This document shows positions 18,250 to 26,932 of a stretch of 64,000 bases of DNA, piece after piece (the stretch's first letter is position 1; every line of letters starts with the position of its first letter). Below the pieces are notes generated by a model. The model worked only from the letters and a program-made list of their open reading frames with translations, was not told the DNA's origin and ran no database searches. The stretch is taken from contig CACMJG010000003.1 of NCBI GenBank assembly GCA_902613995.1, positions 70,054 through 134,053 on the forward strand, written 5' to 3'. The translations under genes were made by a program, and so were the position numbers. The DNA comes from an uncultured Alphaproteobacteria bacterium (GTDB lineage Bacteria > Pseudomonadota > Alphaproteobacteria > Methylaequorales > Methylaequoraceae).

Positions 18250-19205
18250 TTATTTTTAATTTCATTTTTTTCATTAAATTTTTTTCTATGTCTTGTTAAG
18301 TATTTAATCATTCCTTTTGAAACATTTATTTTTATGTCTTTTCTTAGACCTAATTTTATCACATTTTTTTGGTTTAATTTTTTTGAAATCAAAAGTTCAC
18401 CATTATCTTTAAAAGAAATTAAATATCTATCAAAAAGAGAGTCAAAAATCGGTGATAATAATATTCCATTTTCAGGATCCAATCTCTCCTTATCTGTTGA
18501 TTCTGACCAACGGACAATATGAGATGAAATTAAAATGGATTTAATATCTATTCCTGTAATTGGACACATTCCGTTCCATTTATCTATTATTTGTTGTCTA
18601 TAATAACCTTGACCAACTCTTGATGTAACCATTCCTTTTCTTTCAGTCTTATCAGGTTTTTTATATTCTTTTTTTCTTTTATCTGAAATAATTCCTTTCA
18701 TTGATATTTTTGAACTGGTTTTCATTCCTATTTTTGAGGGGTTCCATAGGTAAATATCAATTAGGTCATCGTTTTCAGTAAAGTCATCATAATCAACACT
18801 TTGAAAAACTATGTGAACAGGATTTGATGTTTTTTCTTCATGAGAATGATAAATCAACTTCCCACAATAAATAAAAGGTAGAGTTACATTTTTAGTTTTT
18901 GGATTAACTCTTACGAATAAATGTGGTGTAACTTTTCCACTCACAATTTCTTGTATTTTAGGACTATCGATATTTTGTGTTGTTTGAGAGTCCCAATGAA
19001 AAAAATCTCCTTCAAAAAAATCATTAAAATGAAATTTTTTTTCTTTATCTTTTTTTTCAAGGTCAACAAAGAAAAGTGATGAACTAGAATTTTTACAATT
19101 AAAAATTCCTTCCCGAACAAAAGAAAGATTTGGTTGATCTAACAAACTTGATAGATCCTTTTTGGAATATTTACTTCCTAAATCTAAAACTTTCTCAGGT
19201 TCCAT
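18246..19205 (-). CDS. DUF3427-HNH nuclease (putative modification-dependent / type IV restriction endonuclease)
   Basis: The N-terminal ~170 aa follow the DUF3427 pattern (YSKKDLSSLL...LFFVDLEK...FNDFF..FFHWDSQ...HLFVR...FIYCGKL...PVHIVF). The C-terminus carries an HNH_2-type motif (VGQGYYRQ...CPITG....L.SSHIVRWS....LDPENGILLSP.FD.LFD). Confidence 0.8.
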   Translation of the reverse strand: MEPEKVLDLGSKYSKKDLSSLLDQPNLSFVREGIFNCKNSSSSLFFVDLEKKDKEKKFHFNDFFEGDFFHWDSQTTQNIDSPKIQEIVSGKVTPHLFVRVNPKTKNVTLPFIYCGKLIYHSHEEKTSNPVHIVFQSVDYDDFTENDDLIDIYLWNPSKIGMKTSSKISMKGIISDKRKKEYKKPDKTERKGMVTSRVGQGYYRQQIIDKWNGMCPITGIDIKSILISSHIVRWSESTDKERLDPENGILLSPIFDSLFDRYLISFKDNGELLISKKLNQKNVIKLGLRKDIKINVSKGMIKYLTRHRKKFNEKNEIKNN

Positions 19206-19216
19206 TTTCTAATCTC

Positions 19217-19640
19217 AAAAATAAATCCACAATGTTCCAAATATAAGAATATCGATTAAAATAACTTTTGTAAAACTACTCATAAACCAACTCACTCCTT
19301 ATTATTTCACCTAACTTACTTTTATTCTTCTCTAAATGTCTATTATATTTCTTTATTAACTCAAACACTAAACTTGGAGAAAAATTTTTTCCTCTATAAC
19401 TCAGTATATTAATTTGATTAAAATATTGACTTATCATTTTATAAGTATGACCACATTTTCTTAAGAAGATAATCTTATCGATTAACTTTTTTTGGTATTC
19501 AGAGTATGGATACGGGTTAAGTTTTATGTTTGATATCCTATAGTGAATTTTGAGAGTAAGTTTTGTGATGTTTTTATTTTTATACAGACAATTGAAACTC
19601 ATTCCACAGTTACAGATTTAGCTAAATTTCTAGGTTGATC
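19217..19640. repeat. ~420-bp direct repeat, copy B (pairs with 17079-17500)
   Basis: Covers the 108-aa gene and the functional glmS 3-prime end. Confidence 0.85.
19276..19602 (-). CDS. 108-aa cassette protein with resolvase-like helix-turn-helix region
   Basis: Its ATG overlaps the glmS TGA (GAATGAGT). About three-quarters identical to the 17134-17460 product by eye. Confidence 0.6.
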   Translation of the reverse strand: MSFNCLYKNKNITKLTLKIHYRISNIKLNPYPYSEYQKKLIDKIIFLRKCGHTYKMISQYFNQINILSYRGKNFSPSLVFELIKKYNRHLEKNKSKLGEIIRSELVYE

Positions 19641-21419
19641 AACATCGGTACCTTTCAAGACTCCTACAAAATAAGATAGTAGTTGAACTGGTAAAGTAAA
19701 AATTATTGGTTGTACAAACTCATGAAGGTTCTTTAAAACTAATCTTTTGAGATTTTTGTCATCGATCTCTTTGTCGCCGTTAGTATCAGTAACTAATATA
19801 ACTTTACCTCCGCGTGCTAAAATTTCTTGCATATTAGAAATATTTTTCTCAAATAAACTATCTTTAGGTGCTAATACAATTACAGGAACTTTATCATCAA
19901 CCAGTGCAATTGGACCATGTTTCATTTCGCCAGAAGCGTATCCCTCAGCATGTATATAAGAAATTTCTTTTAATTTTAATGCACCTTCCAGTGCAATTGG
20001 AAACAAATGACCTCTTCCCAAGAATAAAACACTTTTTGCATTAACTATTTGCTTACTTAATTTCTTGACTTGCCCTACTAAATTAAAAACAGATGACATA
20101 TTTGAAGGGATTTCCAAAAGTTTTTCAGTTAATTTTTGCTCATTGGAACTATTAATTGTTTTTCTTTCTCTTCCAGCTATTAAACATAAGCACGCTAAAA
20201 CACTAAGTTGCGCAGTAAACGCTTTAGTTGATGCGACGCCAATTTCTGGGCCCGCTTCTATAGTTATGAAATTGTGCGATTCTCTTGCAATACTACTCTC
20301 TGAATTATTGACAATACTAAATATTTTACTGTCGTTTTTCTTGGCAAATCTTAAGGCAGCTAACGTATCTGCTGTTTCACCAGATTGTGAAATAAATATT
20401 GAAAGTGTATTCTTCGATTTAATGTACGTTTTGTATCTAAATTCGGATGCTAGATAAGAATTTGCATTCAAATTTAAATATTTTTCAAACCAATAAGTTG
20501 CGGTTTGACACGCAAAATATGATGTTCCACATGCAATAAAATCTATTTTTGAAATTTGTTTCCAATTAACTTTTAAATCAAGAATATTTATTTTTTTTTT
20601 TATAGGATCAAGAAATCTTGATAAAGAGTCTCCAATAATGAGTGGTTGCTCAAAAATTTCTTTTTGCATGTAATGATCAAAATTTCCTTTATCAAGATTT
20701 GATCCAGTGAACGAAGATAATGTTATATTTCTCTTCACTTTTTTAAAATCTTTATTGTAAATATCAAATTTGTCTTTCTCAATAATAACGCTATCTCCTT
20801 CATCCATAAATATAATCTTTTGAGTAAAAGGGGCTAGAGCTAATGAATCAGAACCTAAATAAGTGGTTTTATCTGACAAACCAAGTGCTAATGGACTTCC
20901 TCTCCTTGCGCCTGCTAATAAATTAAAGTTTTTAAAAATTATTGCTATAGCAAATGCACCCTCTAAATATTGTAAAGTATTTTTTATTGCATTTCTTGGA
21001 GTATTTACTCTTAACTCATAACTTAGTAAATGAGCTATAACTTCACTATCAGTTTGAGATTTAAAAATAAATCCTTTATTTTTTAACATTTTCTTGAGTT
21101 GTGAGTAATTTTCTATTATTCCATTATGAACAATCGAAACATTTTCAGAAACATGCGGATGAGCATTAATTGTGGATGGTACACCATGGGTAGCCCATCT
21201 TGTATGACCAATTCCAATATTTCCAAATAGCTCATTTGTTTTTATTTTTTTATTTAGATTCTCTAACTTACCTTTAGCTCTTACAGTTATGATAGAGTTA
21301 CTATTATCCAGAACTGAGATACCAGATGAATCATACCCCCGATATTCAAGCTTCGAGAGTCCCGTTAAAATTGGATTAATAACTGGATTATTAGAGAAAA
21401 TACCAAAGATTCCACACAT
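19599..21419 (-). CDS. glmS: glutamine--fructose-6-phosphate aminotransferase
   Basis: MCGIFG Ntn-glutaminase start, two SIS domains and the canonical C-terminus DQPRNLAKSVTVE. Confidence 0.97.
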   Translation of the reverse strand: MCGIFGIFSNNPVINPILTGLSKLEYRGYDSSGISVLDNSNSIITVRAKGKLENLNKKIKTNELFGNIGIGHTRWATHGVPSTINAHPHVSENVSIVHNGIIENYSQLKKMLKNKGFIFKSQTDSEVIAHLLSYELRVNTPRNAIKNTLQYLEGAFAIAIIFKNFNLLAGARRGSPLALGLSDKTTYLGSDSLALAPFTQKIIFMDEGDSVIIEKDKFDIYNKDFKKVKRNITLSSFTGSNLDKGNFDHYMQKEIFEQPLIIGDSLSRFLDPIKKKINILDLKVNWKQISKIDFIACGTSYFACQTATYWFEKYLNLNANSYLASEFRYKTYIKSKNTLSIFISQSGETADTLAALRFAKKNDSKIFSIVNNSESSIARESHNFITIEAGPEIGVASTKAFTAQLSVLACLCLIAGRERKTINSSNEQKLTEKLLEIPSNMSSVFNLVGQVKKLSKQIVNAKSVLFLGRGHLFPIALEGALKLKEISYIHAEGYASGEMKHGPIALVDDKVPVIVLAPKDSLFEKNISNMQEILARGGKVILVTDTNGDKEIDDKNLKRLVLKNLHEFVQPIIFTLPVQLLSYFVGVLKGTDVDQPRNLAKSVTVE

Positions 21420-22723
21420 TATTTTTTCTTATTTTTTTTGATTAATTCAGACTTTCGATAAACAACAGTTCCTATCGGAATATCCTTATTAACAACGGTT
21501 CCAGCCCCAACTACAGATCCTTTTTTTATTTTTAATGGGGCAACTAGAGAGGTATTAGATCCAATAAAACAGTTTTTACCAATGATGGTTTTATTCTTTT
21601 TAATACCATCATAGTTGCAAGTAATTGCACCAGCACCAATATTACTATCACTATTAATAATTGAGTCTCCAATGTAGGAAAGGTGAGCAATTTTTACATT
21701 TTTATCAACTTTTGATTTCTTTATTTCAACAAAATTTCCAATTTTGGAGTTTTCTTTAATTTCAACGCCGTCTCTAATTCTCGCATAGGGACCAATGACA
21801 GAGTCATTGGAAACAATTACATTGTCAAGATAACTAAAACTTCTTAAAGTCACCCGATCTTTGATTTTAACTTCCAAACCAAAATAGACATTTGGTTGGA
21901 TAGTAACATCTTTACCAATTTGAGTATCGTAACTAAAAAAAATTGTTTCGGGTGCAACCATTTGAACTCCTTTAGATAAATAGTAATTTCTTTTTATCTT
22001 CTGAAATTCAAAATTTACTCTCGCCAGATCCTTCATACAATTGACACCTAATGTCTCGGTAAAATCACAGGAAAAGTGATCGATTGAAAGATTTTTTTTA
22101 TTAAAGATTTCAACCAGATCTGTTAAAAAATACTCTTTTTTTTTATTTTTATTTTTAATTAATTTTAAATTTTCAATAAGTCTTTTTGTTTTAAAAATCA
22201 TTATTCCGGAATTACATATATTGGAGTGTTTTTCGTTTGTAATTTCACTGTCTTCGACTATTCCAGTTAATTTTTTATTTTCAAATTTTAATTTTCCATA
22301 AGAGTTGGTCTCATTATCTGGGATCATTGAAATAACACATAAATCTAAATTATCTTTATGAAATTTTTTCAAAGATTTTTTTAACGTCTTTTGTGAAATT
22401 AATGGTGTGTCTCCACATAAAACTAAAGTGGTATTAGAATTCTTTGTACTTTCATCTAATGAAGAATTTACAGCATCTGCTGTACCATTTTGTTTGATCT
22501 GTGTTGAAAAGGTTATTTTTTTATATCTACTTTTTATTTCACTTTTATATTGTGAAAATGAACTTGAAATTACAACCTTTACCGTAGCATCTTTCAAAGA
22601 ATTTATTGAATCTAGAATATGAAAAAGCATCGGATAATTTCCAACATCATGTAAAACTTTAGGTTTTGCAGATAGCATTCTTGAACCTTTTCCTGCTGCT
22701 AAAACAATTATAGATAAAGACAT
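21419..22723 (-). CDS. glmU: bifunctional GlcNAc-1-P uridyltransferase / GlcN-1-P acetyltransferase
   Basis: LAAGKGSRM nucleotidyltransferase motif and C-terminal hexapeptide-repeat beta-helix. TAATG junction with glmS. Confidence 0.95.
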   Translation of the reverse strand: MSLSIIVLAAGKGSRMLSAKPKVLHDVGNYPMLFHILDSINSLKDATVKVVISSSFSQYKSEIKSRYKKITFSTQIKQNGTADAVNSSLDESTKNSNTTLVLCGDTPLISQKTLKKSLKKFHKDNLDLCVISMIPDNETNSYGKLKFENKKLTGIVEDSEITNEKHSNICNSGIMIFKTKRLIENLKLIKNKNKKKEYFLTDLVEIFNKKNLSIDHFSCDFTETLGVNCMKDLARVNFEFQKIKRNYYLSKGVQMVAPETIFFSYDTQIGKDVTIQPNVYFGLEVKIKDRVTLRSFSYLDNVIVSNDSVIGPYARIRDGVEIKENSKIGNFVEIKKSKVDKNVKIAHLSYIGDSIINSDSNIGAGAITCNYDGIKKNKTIIGKNCFIGSNTSLVAPLKIKKGSVVGAGTVVNKDIPIGTVVYRKSELIKKNKKK

Positions 22724-22790
22724 TAAGTAAACTTGAAATTAAAAATTAAGTTAATATTATAACATTTTTCTTACAGAAAAAGTTCTTTTT

Positions 22791-23447
22791 ATGAATAAAA
22801 AAATAAAATGCATACTAATTGACTTAGATGGTACAATTATAAATAGCGGACCTGATCTTATTGATTCTTTAAATTTTGTTTTAAGAAATCAAAATATGAA
22901 ACCCATTGAAAAAAGAATTATTGGTTCATTAGTAGGTGGTGGAGCCAAAGCAATGATAACTAGGGCTTATCAAAATCTGAAACTTAAACCTCCTCCTTAC
23001 ATAGATTCATTAGTAGAAGAATTTTTAGAATTTTATTTTGAGAATTGTAGTAACAGATCATTTTTATATCCCAATGTTTTTGACACTCTTAAAAAGCTAA
23101 AATCAAAATTCAGGATTGCTCTTTGTACTAATAAAAAACAATTTATTACTGAAAAGATTCTTATAGATTTTAAAATTAAAGATTTTTTTGACTGTGTGTT
23201 AGGTTCGGACTCCAAAATCAAACTCAAGCCAGACACAGAAATGTTGGAATATTGTTTAAATGAATGTGATGTCGTACCTGAACAGGCAATTATGATTGGA
23301 GATAGTAATAATGATATTATACCTGCAAAGACTTTAGGTATGAAATCAATTTACGTAACTTATGGTTACGGAAAAATAGAAAAGTCAATCAAGCCAGATT
23401 ATGTTATAGATTGTTTTAATGAAATATTGAGAGTTATCAAATTTTAA
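22791..23447 (+). CDS. gph: HAD-family phosphoglycolate phosphatase-like hydrolase
   Basis: LIDLDGTI (motif I), CTNK and GDSNNDI (motif IV). Confidence 0.75.
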   Translation: MNKKIKCILIDLDGTIINSGPDLIDSLNFVLRNQNMKPIEKRIIGSLVGGGAKAMITRAYQNLKLKPPPYIDSLVEEFLEFYFENCSNRSFLYPNVFDTLKKLKSKFRIALCTNKKQFITEKILIDFKIKDFFDCVLGSDSKIKLKPDTEMLEYCLNECDVVPEQAIMIGDSNNDIIPAKTLGMKSIYVTYGYGKIEKSIKPDYVIDCFNEILRVIKF

Positions 23448-23577
23448 TTCTTTCAGTAAAAAAAAGATTAATTTCATTTAAACCCTTATAAATAGTTAGA
23501 ACAGCAATAATCAATGCGCAAATTGCTATCATATATAAATATTTATGAAATCTAGGGTCCATTTTTTTAGTATCCAT
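23437..23577 (-). CDS. candidate 46-aa single-TM protein
   Basis: MDTKKMDPRFHKYLYMIAICALIIAVLTIYKG...; a sub-threshold ORF in a 222-nt gap that overlaps the gph end convergently. Confidence 0.3.
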   Translation of the reverse strand: MDTKKMDPRFHKYLYMIAICALIIAVLTIYKGLNEINLFFTERIKI

Positions 23578-23669
23578 ATAAAATGATTAAATGTAAGTGA
23601 ATTTTTATAAAATTAAGTAATATTGAATATAAGCTTTAAAGTTATTTTATTTTTTCATATATTAGCTCA

Positions 23670-24632
23670 ATGAGAAAAAATGTTTTAAAAGAGTCTGAAG
23701 ATTCACTTAAAAAAGCAGTTTTATTTCTTAAAAATGAAAAATTAGTTGCTATTAAAACTGAGACTGTTTACGGGCTAGCTTGCGAATCAAGTAGTAAAAC
23801 AGCAATACAAAAAGTTTATGGTCTAAAGCAAAGACCATTATCAAATCCATTAATCATTCATGTTGACTCAATTGACTTAGCAGACAAAATTTCGGTTATA
23901 AACAATGATTCAAGAGAAATAATGAAAGAATTCTGGCCAGGCCCTGTTACATTGATTTTAAATAGAAAAAAAAATAATCTAGTTCATGACTTTGCACTTT
24001 CTGGACTTGATACCATTGCTATCAGAATTCCTTCCTCAAAGTTTGTTTTAAAATTAATTAGTAAACTTAACAAACCAATTGCTGCTCCTAGTGCAAACGA
24101 AAGTGGATATATCTCAGCTACAGATGCTGATCATGTAGTTGATTCATTTGGTGAAAAAGTTGATTTGATTATTGATTCAGGAAGAACCGAACATGGAGTA
24201 GAGTCGACTATTTTAGATATGACAACCAATCCTTACGAAATAAAAAGGTTGGGTGTCATAGATTATGAAACAATCAAGAAAAAATTAGGAAAAAAAGTAA
24301 AAAACTTAAATTTCAATTATAAACGAATATTACGTCCAAATTCACCTGGGCAAATGCTGAAGCACTATTCTCCAAAAACTCCACTAGAATTAAATATTGA
24401 TAAACCAAATTTGGATGATGCCTTTCTTGATTTTGGAAATAGCAAAATAATCTCACATCAACCAACGTTGAATCTTTCAAAATCTTCTGATTTAAAAGAA
24501 GCTGCATTCAACTTATTTTATTTTCTAAGAAAATTAGACAAATGTTCAAAACAAAGAATTGTTGTTGCTCCTATTCCAAATAAAGGTATTGGTAAAACAA
24601 TTAATGAAAGACTGAAGAGAGCCGCATTGTAA
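23670..24632 (+). CDS. tsaC: L-threonylcarbamoyladenylate synthase (YrdC + Sua5 domains)
   Basis: The KTETVYGLA YrdC motif and a ~120-aa C-terminal Sua5 domain. Confidence 0.9.
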   Translation: MRKNVLKESEDSLKKAVLFLKNEKLVAIKTETVYGLACESSSKTAIQKVYGLKQRPLSNPLIIHVDSIDLADKISVINNDSREIMKEFWPGPVTLILNRKKNNLVHDFALSGLDTIAIRIPSSKFVLKLISKLNKPIAAPSANESGYISATDADHVVDSFGEKVDLIIDSGRTEHGVESTILDMTTNPYEIKRLGVIDYETIKKKLGKKVKNLNFNYKRILRPNSPGQMLKHYSPKTPLELNIDKPNLDDAFLDFGNSKIISHQPTLNLSKSSDLKEAAFNLFYFLRKLDKCSKQRIVVAPIPNKGIGKTINERLKRAAL

Positions 24633-26027
24633 ATGGAAAAAAATAACCTTATTAAACTCATAAAAAAACTTCATCCCTCCGAGTATTCCACTGAGTCTAG
24701 AGTTTTAAAAAACCATTGTATTGATTGGAGAGGAGAATATGAAGGCAAATCACATTTGATAATTTTTCCAAGATCTGTAAAAAAAATTTCAGAAATTTTA
24801 AGTTTTTGTCAAAAAAAAGCTATTGCTATTGTACCTCAAGGAGGAAATACTGGATTAGTTGGTGGGGCAGTCCCAAGAAAAAGTGGAAAAGAAATAATAA
24901 TTAATTTATCCAATTTAAATAAAATTAGAAATATTGATCTTGTTGGAAATACTGTAACAGTAGAAGGGGGCTGTATCTTAGATATTATTAAAAATAAATT
25001 GGAAAAGTATGATCTTGAATTTCCTCTATCTATGGGTTCACGAGGGACTTGCCAAATAGGAGGTAATATTGCAACTAATGCTGGTGGTTTGAACGTAATA
25101 AAATATGGAACAATAAGACAAAATATTTTAGGTATAGAAGCCGTTCTTCCTGATGGAAGAATTTACAGCTCTCTTAAAAATGTAAAAAAAAATAATACCG
25201 GTCTTGATTTAAAGCATCTTTTAATTGGTTCGGAAGGAACGCTGGGAATTGTTACCGCCGCAACTATTCAATTATTTCCGTTGCCTAAAGAAAAAACAGT
25301 TCTTTGGGCTTCGTTTAAAAATTTTTCAAAAGTCTTAACTTTTTACAAATATATCAATAATAAATTTAAAGATTTAATAACAAGTTTTGAATTCATGAAT
25401 AAAGAATCGATTGAAGTTTTGGAAAAACATGAATGTGAAGTTGCTAATTTAAAAAAGAATCAATGTTACTGTCTTGTTGAATTTTCAAACTTTAATAAAA
25501 TAAATGACTTTAACGACTTTATTTTTGCAAAAATTGATTTTAAAGATTTAGATACTGATGATTTAATTTTGTCAAAGTCTGATAGTGAAAATAAGAAACT
25601 ATGGAATTACAGGGAATCTATTCCACTTGCTGAAAGAAAGGAGGATTTTATAATTCCACATGACATTTCAATTCCACTAACTAATATTTCAGAGTTTGTA
25701 AAAAAAACTACAAAATGTATTAAAGAATATTTAGATGGTTCCAAAATAATTAATTTTGGTCACCTAGGAGATAATAATTTACATTTCAACGTTTTGATTA
25801 ATGAACAAAAAAAATTGTCAAGAAAGTCAATATGTAAATCTATAAACAAAATAGTTTTTGATAATGTTAAGATTTTTGACGGAGCAATCAGTGCTGAACA
25901 CGGAATAGGCCAACTCAGAAAAGCAGAGTTAAGAAGGAATAAAGAAGTTTTTGAATTAAATAGAATGAGAGATATAAAAAAAATATTTGATCCTCAAAAC
26001 ATTCTGAACCCTGGGAAAGTTTTTTAA
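24633..26027 (+). CDS. FAD-linked oxidase (GlcD / D-2-hydroxyacid dehydrogenase-like)
   Basis: PCMH-type FAD-binding domain (PQGGNTGLVGGAVP) and a C-terminal FAD-oxidase domain ending FDPQNILNPGKVF. Confidence 0.85.
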   Translation: MEKNNLIKLIKKLHPSEYSTESRVLKNHCIDWRGEYEGKSHLIIFPRSVKKISEILSFCQKKAIAIVPQGGNTGLVGGAVPRKSGKEIIINLSNLNKIRNIDLVGNTVTVEGGCILDIIKNKLEKYDLEFPLSMGSRGTCQIGGNIATNAGGLNVIKYGTIRQNILGIEAVLPDGRIYSSLKNVKKNNTGLDLKHLLIGSEGTLGIVTAATIQLFPLPKEKTVLWASFKNFSKVLTFYKYINNKFKDLITSFEFMNKESIEVLEKHECEVANLKKNQCYCLVEFSNFNKINDFNDFIFAKIDFKDLDTDDLILSKSDSENKKLWNYRESIPLAERKEDFIIPHDISIPLTNISEFVKKTTKCIKEYLDGSKIINFGHLGDNNLHFNVLINEQKKLSRKSICKSINKIVFDNVKIFDGAISAEHGIGQLRKAELRRNKEVFELNRMRDIKKIFDPQNILNPGKVF

Positions 26028-26932
26028 TCTAAGAAATCATTATAAATTTCATTTGCTTTCTTACAGTTTCCTAAAACATTTGAATTCAAATAAAAAAATC
26101 CTTTGAGATACAAAAGAAACCACTTTGAAAAAAAGCTGGACTTTTTAAATCTTTTTGCAAATCTCCAGGCTCTTGCTGTTAACCTTCTTTGTGCATAAAG
26201 TTTATATTTACTCTCTAATTCAGGATTGTCTTCAAGAAAAAGTTCTAGAGCTTTTGAAACCCTATATATTTGATTATTTTTTTTTTCAGAAATTTGTCCA
26301 GGTGCAGCTGATGGAAGTATAGCTGTCGGAAAATTTAGCTTCGCAAACTTTCCTAATATTGAAAGTTTTAGTGTAAGAGAATATTCTTGACTAAATTTTA
26401 TTCTCTCGTCGCAACCACCTACTTTTTTGCACAACTCTGTTCTAGCTAAAAATTGCGATGGATTGAACATTGAATTTCTCATTGCCTTTTTGATAGGATT
26501 ATGAATGACCGTGTAGTTTTTTTTATCAAAATTTTCAAAAATATTTATGTCGTTTAAATTTTTTACTTTTCTTTGAAGACCATAAACTAATACCAGATCT
26601 GTATCAGTCTCAAGAATATTTAATAGAGCATCGGTTGTTTCACTTAAAATAATATCGTCTGCGTCAAGAAATTTTAAATATTTCATTCGAGCACTCTTTA
26701 TTCCTCTATTAGTTGCATTAGCAGATCCAAAATTTTTTTGTCTCAAAATTCTTGTATTCTCTAAATCTTTTGTTAAGGATAAAATTATCTCATATGAATT
26801 GTCAGTTGATCCGTCATCAACAAAAATAAATTCGCGTTCAAAGTCCCCTGACTGATTTTTGAGACATTTGATTACATATTTTAAAAAAGACGATTTGTTA
26901 TATACAGGTATTATAAAAGATACAGAACTCAT
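26024..26932 (-). CDS. glycosyltransferase family 2
   Basis: SFIIPVYN, DDGSTD and LDADD motifs. Confidence 0.8.
   Translation of the reverse strand: MSSVSFIIPVYNKSSFLKYVIKCLKNQSGDFEREFIFVDDGSTDNSYEIILSLTKDLENTRILRQKNFGSANATNRGIKSARMKYLKFLDADDIILSETTDALLNILETDTDLVLVYGLQRKVKNLNDINIFENFDKKNYTVIHNPIKKAMRNSMFNPSQFLARTELCKKVGGCDERIKFSQEYSLTLKLSILGKFAKLNFPTAILPSAAPGQISEKKNNQIYRVSKALELFLEDNPELESKYKLYAQRRLTARAWRFAKRFKKSSFFSKWFLLYLKGFFYLNSNVLGNCKKANEIYNDFLD

Noticed and set aside
15940-19598. A Tn7 or CRISPR-associated transposon (attTn7-type) insertion downstream of glmS.
   Set aside because: There are no TnsA/B/C/D-like, Cas or other large ORFs and no Tn7-type terminal repeat arrays. Tn7 also inserts downstream of the stop without duplicating the glmS coding tail, whereas here the tail itself is repeated.
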